From Candidatus Poribacteria bacterium (GTDB taxonomy: Bacteria > Poribacteria > WGA-4E > WGA-3G), in NCBI GenBank assembly GCA_965214095.1, contig OZ243938.1:4224001-4288000 (forward strand): a DNA stretch of 64,000 bases. Direction: 5' to 3'. Both the position numbers and the translations under genes were made by a program. The notes under the pieces were generated by a model. That model made no database searches. It saw only the letters and a program-made list of their open reading frames with translations, and was not told the DNA's origin. The first letter of the stretch is position 1, and each line of letters begins with the position of its first letter. Shown here one piece after another: positions 49,374-59,549 of this stretch.

Positions 49374-51347
49374 ATGAGGACTTTATCAGACAAAATCACA
49401 CTTAATCTTGACGATGGTGCAGAAGTGTCCGTCAAAGGCTTCATCGCGCCGATTGAATACACACAATACAACTACTATGTCAAATGGGATGCATTGGCAA
49501 ATCTGCGCGCAACTGAACCAGAGAAACAGTATCTCACTTCAATTTTCACTGATTTTCTACCCAGTTGTAACATTGCTGTCGGTGATTTTTGGGAAGTTAA
49601 GCAAGATGGTGTATTGGAAATACTAAAGCAACTTCATCCAAAACCGAATGTAGATATGCACCTGAATGCGGGAGATTCTTGTGGCCTGTGGGCATGTCTC
49701 CGCGCATACAATGATGAATATGCCGACATCATGTTTCGTCTACATGCTGAATTCCAACTAAAAAACGGTTGGTTCACACCATCTCAATTTAAGGGTAATC
49801 TAATAATTGATCGATGCAATGGTAGAATTGCCAGTTTTAAGATGTATGTTCCAAAGGGTGTACTAAATTTTGATGTCAACTGGCATACGACATTGGAAGG
49901 CGATAGCGAACCTTCATGGTGGACTGATATCGGATACTGTCCACAAATGGAACTCCGCGCAGGAAATGATGCAGGTCCAAATAGTATAGAATTCACGGAA
50001 TTCATTTCACAGGAAGATGCAGAGCACAGACTGATACGTTGTTTTTACAAATCACAGCAAATCAATTGGGTTTCCTTGGAGGAAGCACTGAAATTGGCAC
50101 CAACCCTACAGAAACCGATCCATGCTATTTCAATAGATGGACCACTGGCAGACGAATCCTGCTGAGGGAGTGGTAAAAGTTTGAGGGCAGGTGTCCTCTC
50201 TAATGAGCAAATTATTACATTCTTGAATGAAAACTTCATCAATACATGGGTGCCTAATGCAGAATTGGGACGAATCCGAAGTTTGCGAGAACCGATAGAA
50301 AAAAGACGATTACAAGAAGGCAAAACATTCAACAAAAACCATGAGTTAGCACAAACTATCATTAAGGGATGGAAAACCGGTACGAAAAAAGGTTCGCCGA
50401 TGGATTGTTTCGTCATATCACCAGAGTTTGAACTGATGGGTAGACAACTCGTGAATGACTTGGACGATGACCGTAGAAATAGAGCATTACCATCAGAAGA
50501 GGCTTATTATCTTACATTTCTCAATGATGCATTGGAAGGAAAACAACCAGGTTTGGGGAATGTTGTTCTGACCTATGACAATCCTTCTCACGAGTTATCG
50601 GATGTTATTAGAACTTCCTCAGAAAACAATCAGAATCTAACTATTGTCATGATTGATGCCAGATCTTGTATAAACGGAGGTATATTGATCATTGACATTC
50701 TAATGGGCAGAGATGATGCAGAAGGTGCATTTTATTTATGTGACGGTGATTATATACTTCCCACGGATAGAGAAGTATCGGAGAATGATAGTCTTGCATG
50801 GACTTGGGGTGAATCCGATGAGACACTTCAGATAAAGCATCAATTCAACAGTGGACAATTTTTCAAGTTAATTGCTACACGTTATTGGGATGAGGATATT
50901 CCTTATATCAATGCATTTCACGCTAAAATTTCTGTAGAAGAAAATGCTCCAACTGGTATGAAGATTGTTCTTGATAGAGAACAACCGAAACAGAAGGCAT
51001 TAGAGACTTTTCGTGCACCTGGACATGGATATCAGGATTATACTGTTGTCAATATTGATACATTAGCGTTTGGTAATGGTGGAATACTAACAATTGAAAT
51101 TCAAGTTGGTAATGCAAAAGCATGCGGGTCGTTTGATCTGTTTGATGATGACACAAAACTGCCGACAAAAGGTACACCAAAGGAAGCACTCAGTTCTGCA
51201 TGGGGAATTGAACCCGGGAACAATGGTACAATCACACACGGTTTTGAGAAAGGTAAGGTCTTCAAGCTTGGTGCTACAGGCGACTGGTTTAGTAAGAAGG
51301 GAGATATAAACGCTTTTCACGCGATTATTTCTGTAAAGGAAAAATAA
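49374..51347 (+). CDS. Selenoprotein N-like protein 1 (657 aa; UGA 50163-50165 = Sec264; SCUG); two C-terminal repeat domains
   Basis: Track ORFs 49374..50165 and 50181..51347 are in frame and joined by TGA GGG AGT GGT AAA AGT, giving [21 protein letters not shown]-like hairpin follows. Confidence 0.88.
50183..50198 (+). promoter_or_regulatory. Putative bacterial SECIS apical stem-loop 1
   Basis: GAGGGC-AGGT-GTCCTC starting 18 nt after the UGA. Confidence 0.72.
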
Positions 51348-52883
51348 ATGAATACAACAAGCAAAATATCGATTAATATAGAAAACGAAGAAAAAGTAAC
51401 TGTCAAAGGCTACATCGCACCTATTGAAGACATGAAACCTAACTTTCACGAAGAATGGGATGCGTTGGCGAATATGCGTGTAAACGAACCAGAAAAGGAA
51501 TATAACACAACGGATTTCCAAGCCTTTCTTCCCGGTGAACCTGTTGCTATCGGTGATTGTTGGCAGATTGAAGAAAATGGGGTATTGGAGCTTCTCAAAC
51601 AATTGAATCCCAATCCGAATCTGGATATGCATATTAATATTGGGGATTCCGCTGGATTGTGGGCATGTCTACGTGCATATAACGAGCAACATGCTCATAT
51701 TGTGTTTCGTATTCATGCAGAATTTCAATTAGAAGATGGATGGTTCACGCCTTCTCATTTTGCGGGAGATCTTATTATTGACCGGAACAAACAGGATGTC
51801 GTTTCTTTTCGTCAGTGCGTTCCTGAGGGAAAATGGTTTGATGTAAATTGGAAAAAAGATAAAGACGATCCAAACCATTATTATAGTACAGCTTCCGGTG
51901 TATGTCCAAAAATTGAACTATATGGCGGTTTGCGAGATTTACAGAAAGATACAAAATTTGCTTTATCTATTACACAAAAAGAAGCAGAAGAGAAACTAAA
52001 AAAACAATTCTACAAATCAGAGCAAATAAACTGGGTTCCCTTTGAGGACGCAGTAGAATTAGCACAGGCACATCAGAAACCGATCCATGCATTATCTATT
52101 GATGGACCGCTTGATGATGAAGCGTGCTGAGGCAGCGGAAAAAACTTGAGGGCAGTTGTCCTCTCCGATGACCGAATTATCAATTATCTAAATGAAAATT
52201 ATATCAACACATGGATACGTACTATTGAGTTGAGAAACATGCGTGATACATTGGGATATCAACAAATACACCCCTTGGCGTGGGCTATCATCAGTCATAA
52301 ATGGCGTAGAGGTCCTGTAGACTCTTGGATCATATCCCCAGAACTTGAAGCAATAGGACATGTCCCGATCAATGAATACCTTGGAGAAAACAGACGTGAA
52401 GACGGCACACTTGAAAGTGATAATTACTTGTTGTTTCTCCAAGATACCTTATCAGGAAAACTGCCTGGATTAGGGAATATTGTTTTCACTCCCGATAATC
52501 CATCACATACAGTATTAGACGTATTTCGCACACCAGAATTTGGACATCAGGATTATACCGTTGCTGTTATTGATACGACTGCATTTAAGAGCAAAGGCAC
52601 ACTGACTATTGATATAGAATTGGGCAACGATAAAGCGTATGGTTCATTCTTTTTGCTTGATGCAGACCATAAACTGTCCTTTGATGCTGATAATAAACGA
52701 CCAGATGGTAGCATGTTTGATGGTGCACACGACGTTGGTTGGTATGATCCGTGTGAAATAGGACAGATGACACATCAATTTGAACAAGGACAAATATATA
52801 AACTGGTTGGTATGGGATGGGCATCTAACGAAAAGGGAAGTATTAACGCATATCGAGCAAAAATCACTGTTGAGGTAGAATAA
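51348..52883 (+). CDS. Selenoprotein N-like protein 2 (511 aa; UGA 52128-52130 = Sec261; ACUG); one C-terminal repeat domain
   Basis: Track ORFs 51348..52130 and 52146..52883 are in frame, giving DDEAC-U-GSGKNLRAVVL. Confidence 0.88.
52148..52163 (+). promoter_or_regulatory. Putative bacterial SECIS apical stem-loop 2
   Basis: GAGGGC-AGTT-GTCCTC at the same offset. Confidence 0.72.
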
Positions 52884-52884
52884 A

Positions 52885-54912
52885 ATGAAAATCAATCTAA
52901 AACTAAATGATAGCGAAAAAATATCAGTCCAAGGATACATAGCACCGATTGAATACACACAATACAACTTCCATGTTGAATGGGACGAACTCGCAAATCT
53001 ACGTGTTGCAGAACCTGAGAAGCAATATCCTTTATCAATCTTTCAATCTTTTCTACCATTGGAACCTGTTTCGGTCGGTGAATGTTGGGAAATTCAAGAG
53101 GAAGGTCCATTGGCTTTACTAAAACAACTCTACCCACGTCCAGTGCTGAAACTGGTTATTGATTCAGGGGATTCTTACGGTCTGTGGGGATGTCTACGCG
53201 CTTACAACGATAGGTATGCTGAAATTATTTTTCGTATTCATGCAGAATTTATCATGAATAATGGTAAGTTTACACCATCACAATTCGCAGGACATTTGCA
53301 AGTTGACCAAATTAAGCAGGAAATTGTGCATTTCAAGATGTATGTGCCTCCTACTACACTGAACTTTGATGCAGGTTGGACACGGGAAAATGAGGATACT
53401 TGTGCTGAAATCGGATATTGTCCAAGAATGGAACTATCTGCGGGGGATTCTGTCATTAAAACAGAATTTATTGAGTCAATACCCCAAGGCGAAGCGGAAC
53501 GTGCACTGATATTACGTTTCTACAAATCACAACAGATAAACTGGGTATCTTTGGAAGAAGCGATGGTACTTGCAACGACACAACAGAAACCAATTCACGC
53601 TATTTCCACCGACGGTCCACTTGCGGATGAGTCCTGCTGAGGGACTGGTAAAATCTTGAGGACAGGTGTCCTCTCTAATGAGAAAATAATAACGTTCTTG
53701 AATGAAAACTTTATCAATACTTGGGTTGCTAATGCAGAATTAGGACGCACCGGTAGTTTACAGGAACCGATTGCCAAAAGACGTGAACGTGAATGCATCA
53801 CCTTTGATGCCTCACACATCTTAGCAAAAGTAATTATGAAAGGATGGGTAAAAGGCTCACCTGTAGACTGTTTTGTTATATCGCATGATTATGAATTGAT
53901 GGGTGGTTTAGATTACAATGAGTTCCTTGATAACTTAGGGAGAATGCACGATTTTGATGCATACATGTCATTTCTCCAGGATTCAATGAATGGAAACCGT
54001 CCCGGTTTGGGAGATGTTATTCTTACGCCAGAACAATCATCACAAGAGGTATTAGACACAATATCAACTCCAAAGAAAGCACATCAGGACTATACAGTTA
54101 TCGGCATTAATACAACTGCGTTTGAAAACGGAGGCACGCTTATTATTGATTTCCAAGTTGGCAGAGATGATGCAGTCGGCTTATTTTTTCTGCTTGATGG
54201 AAATAGAAAAATCCCATCTGAGAAAGTTCCTGAAGGTATTGACCCAGCAGCATGGCACAGTCAAGAAAGTGATGAATATGAGAAGGCTCTTGATGCACTT
54301 GCTTATTGTTGGGGTGTATTTCCAAACGAAACCAGTCAACTAAAATACGATTTTGATAAAGGTCAACTGTTTAAATTATGTGTTACTGGAGATCAATGGG
54401 GTGGAGCCGGTGCAATAAACGCTTATGTCGCTAAAATAACCGTTGATAACAAAATAGATGTCTCATCGAAAATTGACAAAACTGAAGATGAAGAGGGTAT
54501 TGTTACTCCCATTTCAAGTGAGATAAACGTAGTCCTTGATAAATCACATCCTTCCAAAGAAGTATTAGACATTTTTCGTGCACCAGGAAGTGAGAAACAA
54601 GATTACACCGTTCTCAATATTGATACAACCGCATTTCAAGATGGTGGATTACTTTCTATTGACATACAGGTAGGTGGTGCAAAGGCTTACGGATCATTTG
54701 ATCTCTTTGATGAAGATGCGGAACTGCCAACAGAAGGAATTCCAGATGAGGCATTGGAATCTGCATGGGGAATTGAACCCGATACAAGTGATAATATAAA
54801 ATACCGTTTTGAAAAAGGCAAAATTTTCAAGTTAGGTGCTACCGGAGATTGGTATAGTAACAAAGGTGACATCAATGCCTTTCATGCCATTATTTCAGTG
54901 AAGGGAAAATGA
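52885..54912 (+). CDS. Selenoprotein N-like protein 3 (675 aa; UGA 53638-53640 = Sec252; SCUG); two C-terminal repeat domains
   Basis: Track ORFs 52885..53640 and 53656..54912 are in frame, giving DESC-U-GTGKILRTGVL. Confidence 0.88.
53658..53673 (+). promoter_or_regulatory. Putative bacterial SECIS apical stem-loop 3
   Basis: GAGGAC-AGGT-GTCCTC, fully Watson-Crick, same offset. Confidence 0.72.
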
Positions 54913-54930
54913 ATGTCTTTGATACAGAAT

Positions 54931-54959
54931 TTGACATTTCTGTTATGATATGTTAAAAT
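54931..54959 (+). promoter_or_regulatory. Strong sigma70-like promoter
   Basis: TTGACA-17-TAAAAT with TGn extension. Confidence 0.7.
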
Positions 54960-54985
54960 ACAATATATCAGGAGGTGCCGCAACT

Positions 54986-55444
54986 ATGGCATATTTTATT
55001 ACTGAAGAATGTATCGGATGTATGGCATGTTTAACCAACTGTCCCGTGGATGCAATCACTGGGGACCGCAATATGCTTCACATCATTGACCCAAATATCT
55101 GTATTGACTGTAGTGCTTGTGGGATGGTCTGTCCGGTAGAAGCAATCCGTGACCAATTTGGTGATGTGTGTAAATTTATTCGACGACCAACTCATAGGCC
55201 AATTGCTGTTATCTATGAAGAACTCTGCTCTGGGTGTGATTTCTGCGTCCATATTTGTCCGTGGGAATGTCTGGAACTGAAAGACCCTGAGACAGGTGAG
55301 CATGCTGAAAGTTTCTTCGGGATCTGCGAATTGGTGAAACCAAAAGATTGCGTTGGCTGCAAGTTATGTGAAGAGGTCTGCATAAAAGATGCTATCCGAG
55401 TCGAATCACCTGTGTTATTAGAACTCGCTGAAGCCGCAGACTAA
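54986..55444 (+). CDS. Poly-ferredoxin with four CxxCxxCxxxC motifs
   Basis: CIGCMACLTNCP, CIDCSACGMVCP, CSGCDFCVHICP, CVGCKLCEEVC; ATG 54986 after GGAGG. Confidence 0.88.
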   Translation: MAYFITEECIGCMACLTNCPVDAITGDRNMLHIIDPNICIDCSACGMVCPVEAIRDQFGDVCKFIRRPTHRPIAVIYEELCSGCDFCVHICPWECLELKDPETGEHAESFFGICELVKPKDCVGCKLCEEVCIKDAIRVESPVLLELAEAAD

Positions 55445-55460
55445 ACTCATCAATATAGAA

Positions 55461-56120
55461 ATGAGTTCTACACCTTTCAAACCTACTAATTTAGTCTTTG
55501 TCATCTCTGGGCCTTCTGGGTGTGGGAAAAGCACAGTTGTAAATGCATTGTGTGATTCTGATAACACATTAAGACTCTCAATCTCCGCTACAACACGCGC
55601 CGCACGACCTAATGAAGTTGACGGTGTGAATTACCATTTTTTGACACGCGATATATTTGAGGAACGGATCAAACAAAATGCATTCTTAGAATGGGCAAAA
55701 TACCATGACAACTATTATGGGACACCGAAATCTGAAGTTGAAGAAGCAAGTAAAGATAACAAGGATACTGTTTTAGAAATAGAGGTAAACGGAGCACTAC
55801 AAGTCAAAAACCAGGACCTCACACCTGTCAGAAGCATCCTAATATTCCTGATACCATCGTCTTATGATTCTTTAGAGAGTAGGCTACGAGGAAGAAAAAC
55901 CGAATCTGAGGTAGAACTACAGAAGAGATTAGAGATCGCACAAACTGAGATACAACAAATTACACATTACGATTATTGTGTTATCAACCATAAAGGTAGA
56001 TTGAAACAGACTATACGTAATATTCAAGCTATTATCTCTGCAGAACGGTGCCGCATTAATCCTGAACAAACTTCCGAGTTCATCCAATCTTTTGGAATTC
56101 CAAATAATGACGACTTGTGA
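55461..56120 (+). CDS. gmk: Guanylate kinase
   Basis: SGPSGCGKST, SATTR, DGVNYHF, YYGT. Confidence 0.95.
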   Translation: MSSTPFKPTNLVFVISGPSGCGKSTVVNALCDSDNTLRLSISATTRAARPNEVDGVNYHFLTRDIFEERIKQNAFLEWAKYHDNYYGTPKSEVEEASKDNKDTVLEIEVNGALQVKNQDLTPVRSILIFLIPSSYDSLESRLRGRKTESEVELQKRLEIAQTEIQQITHYDYCVINHKGRLKQTIRNIQAIISAERCRINPEQTSEFIQSFGIPNNDDL

Positions 56121-56132
56121 GCCATACTTCCC

Positions 56133-57326
56133 ATGGAACTCAAAAACCGAACTATACTTTTAGGTGTTACTGGTGGAATCGCAATCCATCGTTCACTTGA
56201 TTATGCCAGTCAGTTGGTAAAATCTGGTGCATCTGTTCATGTTGTAATGACAGAAAACGCCACTCGTTTGGTAAATCCGTTACAATTTCAAGTGTTGTCA
56301 CGGAATCCCGTGCTGCTTGATCTGTTTGAAACAGGTGATGATTGGAAGCCTCCACATATTGACCTTGCTGACCGGGCAGACTTGCTTGCTATTGTTCCCG
56401 CAACTGCAAACATGCTCGGCAAGATGGCTAACGGCATCGCTGATGATGCACTCTCTACTGTCGCTATCTCTGTTCACTGTCCGATTCTCATTGCTTCTGC
56501 GATGAACGGACACATGTATAAAAACCCTATCGTGCAAAAAAACATATCTGAACTCAGTAGACATGGTATTGAATTCGTTGAACCAGAAAGCGGTGACCTT
56601 GCTTGTGGGTATGAAGGTATTGGACGATTGAGTTCTGTGGATATAATTCTTCAACGCACACATGAAATATTAGGTGTCCATCAAGATCTGCGGGGGAAAC
56701 GAATTCTGGTTACTGCAGGTGCAACGCGCGAATACCTTGATCCTGTTAGGTTTATCACCAATGGATCAAGTGGAAAGATGGGATATGCCATCGCAGAGGC
56801 AGCAGCACATCGCGGGGCATCAGTTCAATTGATTAGTGGACATGCGACGATCTCACCACCCAATGGAATTGATATTACCCATGTTGAAACAACACAAGAG
56901 ATGCATGAGACTGTCCTTGAAAAGTTTGATGAAACCGACATCGCCATAATGGCAGCTGCCCCTGTAGATTTTCGTCCAGCAGAGTATACACCACACAAAA
57001 TAAAAAAACACACAGACACATTATCAATTACATTGGAGAAAAATCCAGATACTGCACAGAAACTTGGCGAAATCAAAGACCATCAGTTGACTATCTGTTT
57101 TGCAGCAGAGACGAATGATGTACTTGAAAACGCTAAAGGGAAGTTAGATCGCAAGAACTGTGACCTGATAGTTGCAAACGACATACTCGCTGAAGGTGCA
57201 GGTTTTGCAAGTGATACGAATATAGTTACTTTAATGGATAAAACAGGCAATTGTGAACAACTTCCTCGTCTTTCCAAACGGGAAGTAGCAACTGCAATTT
57301 TGGATCGCGTTGTTAGGTTATTGTAA
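56133..57326 (+). CDS. coaBC: Bifunctional phosphopantothenoylcysteine decarboxylase/ligase
   Basis: GVTGGIA, PATAN, LACGYEG, TAGATRE.LDPVRFITNGSSGKMG, FAAET. Confidence 0.95.
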   Translation: MELKNRTILLGVTGGIAIHRSLDYASQLVKSGASVHVVMTENATRLVNPLQFQVLSRNPVLLDLFETGDDWKPPHIDLADRADLLAIVPATANMLGKMANGIADDALSTVAISVHCPILIASAMNGHMYKNPIVQKNISELSRHGIEFVEPESGDLACGYEGIGRLSSVDIILQRTHEILGVHQDLRGKRILVTAGATREYLDPVRFITNGSSGKMGYAIAEAAAHRGASVQLISGHATISPPNGIDITHVETTQEMHETVLEKFDETDIAIMAAAPVDFRPAEYTPHKIKKHTDTLSITLEKNPDTAQKLGEIKDHQLTICFAAETNDVLENAKGKLDRKNCDLIVANDILAEGAGFASDTNIVTLMDKTGNCEQLPRLSKREVATAILDRVVRLL

Positions 57327-57393
57327 CAATAGTGTGTACTTGCTACCTTCGCATCTGAGAATGTACATCAAGAAAGCATGGTAATGGAAATAA

Positions 57394-58245
57394 GTGAACC
57401 ATTCCCGACTGACACTCCTTCAACACGCCCAAACATTCTTTAGGTCAAATCGAACATACCCAAAGAAACAATTAGGACAACATTTCCTTATTAACCCCGA
57501 AGTCCTATCCATTATTGTTGATGCTGGTGAAGTAGCACAAACGGATGTTGTTATTGAAATTGGTGCTGGACTTGGATGCCTAACAGCATCTTTGGCTCAA
57601 ATAGCAAAAACCGTAATTGCAATTGAAATCGATCCGTTATTACATGCTGAATTAGAAGTGCAATTTGCTAATGACAAAAACACAGATATAATCCAGGCGG
57701 ATATCCTTGAAATACCAATACCATCCATCATTCCCCAAGATACATGTCCAAAGGTTATCGCTAACCTTCCTTATGGAATAACTACTCCTATTTTGTGGAG
57801 ACTTCTGAACCATGCGAACTTGCTAAATAACTGTATATTAATGATGCAATGGGAAGTCGCTGAGCGAATAGTGGCAAAACCCGGAGGTAAAGACTATGGT
57901 GCTTTGACAATCGGTATATCCTATTATGCAGATAGTGAATTAGTCGTGAAATTGTCCCCTGAGAACTTTTATCCAACACCACAAGTCGAATCAGCTCTCC
58001 TTAAACTGACTATGCTTAAAGAACCGAGGGTTTTAGTGAACGATGAAGTCCATTTCTTTAGGGTTGTTAGAGAGGCATTTCGGGGAAGGCGAAAGATGCT
58101 TAAAAATACGTTACGTCGCTATGCTACAGTTGAGACTTTGACAAACACGTTAACCGACCTAAACATAGCACCAGAAAGACGGGCAGAGACATTAGATATA
58201 ACGGAATTTGCTGCTTTAGCAAACAGACTACAACCGGATGTCTAA
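57394..58245 (+). CDS. rsmA: 16S rRNA m6(2)A1518/1519 dimethyltransferase
   Basis: KKQLGQHFL, EIGAGLG, ANLPY, RRKML, RAE. Confidence 0.94.
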   Translation: MNHSRLTLLQHAQTFFRSNRTYPKKQLGQHFLINPEVLSIIVDAGEVAQTDVVIEIGAGLGCLTASLAQIAKTVIAIEIDPLLHAELEVQFANDKNTDIIQADILEIPIPSIIPQDTCPKVIANLPYGITTPILWRLLNHANLLNNCILMMQWEVAERIVAKPGGKDYGALTIGISYYADSELVVKLSPENFYPTPQVESALLKLTMLKEPRVLVNDEVHFFRVVREAFRGRRKMLKNTLRRYATVETLTNTLTDLNIAPERRAETLDITEFAALANRLQPDV

Positions 58246-59268
58246 ATTCAGAAGTTCCCAATATACAATCTTCCACTCCGATTCTTCCCGTCGAAATTCA
58301 AAGATACACTTCGCTTCAAGGTGGCTCACACCATCGTCTTCTGCGTTCACTGAGTCTACTTCCAACAACAGTTCTATAGATGCTTTCCTCGCATGGGTGA
58401 TATCCATCTCTCTATCTTTAAACAAAAAATGCAGTTGTGAATACTTTTCAAAAACATTGGTGAATGTAGGTTCAACACTTTCATAGTTGGGTGGGATGAC
58501 ACCTGATGCAACACCAAATATCGTAACGGGATCATCAGATGCGACATAAGATTCTGAAAAAAGAGATTGGATTTTCGGTATATTTTCAAAGTCTAACGAT
58601 TCAAGTAGGTCCGATAAGTTTTCAAGAAACGCATTTAATTCGTCAGTAGGATCGTGTAAAGGGGTTATGGAAATTGGTAGAACCAACCGTTCTCTATCAA
58701 GTATAAATTTGTGGGTGTAACTTTGGTAATCAGGATCAAGAACGACTAATTCATGCTCTGCTACATAAGGTATGTCGAAAAAAGTGAAACCCCCATCCGC
58801 TTCCGTGTGCACTTCCTTTCCATCTAAACGGACAACTGAGCCGGGAATAGGATTCTTAGTTTGGGCATCTTTAACAGTACCAGACACAGTCCCCATAATA
58901 GGTGTCAATGTTACATTTAGAGTCAACTGTTTCTGGTTCAAAACAATGGTCTTGGAATAAGTCTCGTAAAACTTGACTTCAACGGTGAGTTTTTGATTGT
59001 CTGTATATGGGATTTCCGATAATGTAAATTTACCTTCTGCATCTGTTCTTACTTCCATATCTAAGAATTTTACAACTGCATCAGTAATCGGTTGGTTTGT
59101 GTGATTATCCGTTACAATACCTGTGATGCTCCCAGTATTACTTGACTCAGTTTGTGTAGGTACTTTAGGATCTACATTGTCTCCGTCATCATCTGTTCCA
59201 CAACCAAGGTGAACAGATAGTATTAGTAATAAAATAAAAATAAAGTGTTTAGAAAGAAAAACTTGCAT
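58228..59268 (-). CDS. Lipoprotein with two carboxypeptidase-regulatory-like domains
   Basis: Lipobox HLGC; repeated G..TD..T..PI..TD..G.F units. Confidence 0.7.
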   Translation of the reverse strand: MQVFLSKHFIFILLLILSVHLGCGTDDDGDNVDPKVPTQTESSNTGSITGIVTDNHTNQPITDAVVKFLDMEVRTDAEGKFTLSEIPYTDNQKLTVEVKFYETYSKTIVLNQKQLTLNVTLTPIMGTVSGTVKDAQTKNPIPGSVVRLDGKEVHTEADGGFTFFDIPYVAEHELVVLDPDYQSYTHKFILDRERLVLPISITPLHDPTDELNAFLENLSDLLESLDFENIPKIQSLFSESYVASDDPVTIFGVASGVIPPNYESVEPTFTNVFEKYSQLHFLFKDREMDITHARKASIELLLEVDSVNAEDDGVSHLEAKCIFEFRREESEWKIVYWELLNLDIRL

Positions 59269-59332
59269 TTATACTCCAAATGTGATACTCTTTAAGCATT
59301 AAATTTATCTAATTTGTAAAGGAGGACGTAGA

Positions 59333-59545
59333 ATGTCACGCGTATGTACATTATGTGGAAAACGACCGAGAACAGGGAATAAAATCAGTGCATCAGAACA
59401 GCACACCAAACGCCGTTGGCTACCGAATCTTCAACGTGTTCGGACTATGACCGAAAATGGTCCGAGGCGAATACGTGTATGCACGTCTTGTATTCGTAGT
59501 GGTAAAGTTGCTAAAGTCATCTCCCGCATGTCGTCCGATGTGTAA
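59333..59545 (+). CDS. rpmB: 50S ribosomal protein L28
   Basis: MSRVCTLCGK..GN..TKRRWLPNLQ..CTSCIRSG. Confidence 0.95.
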   Translation: MSRVCTLCGKRPRTGNKISASEQHTKRRWLPNLQRVRTMTENGPRRIRVCTSCIRSGKVAKVISRMSSDV

Positions 59546-59549
59546 GACC

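Noticed and set aside
51087-51632. Minus-strand 181-aa ORF and the other short overlapping ORFs in the track
   Set aside because: They lie antisense or out of frame to well-supported genes and have no recognisable motifs
49374-54912. Six separate genes, or three nonsense-mutated pseudogenes
   Set aside because: The same TGA at the same Cys-adjacent position in three diverged paralogues, with a conserved downstream hairpin and no other lesions, fits recoding far better
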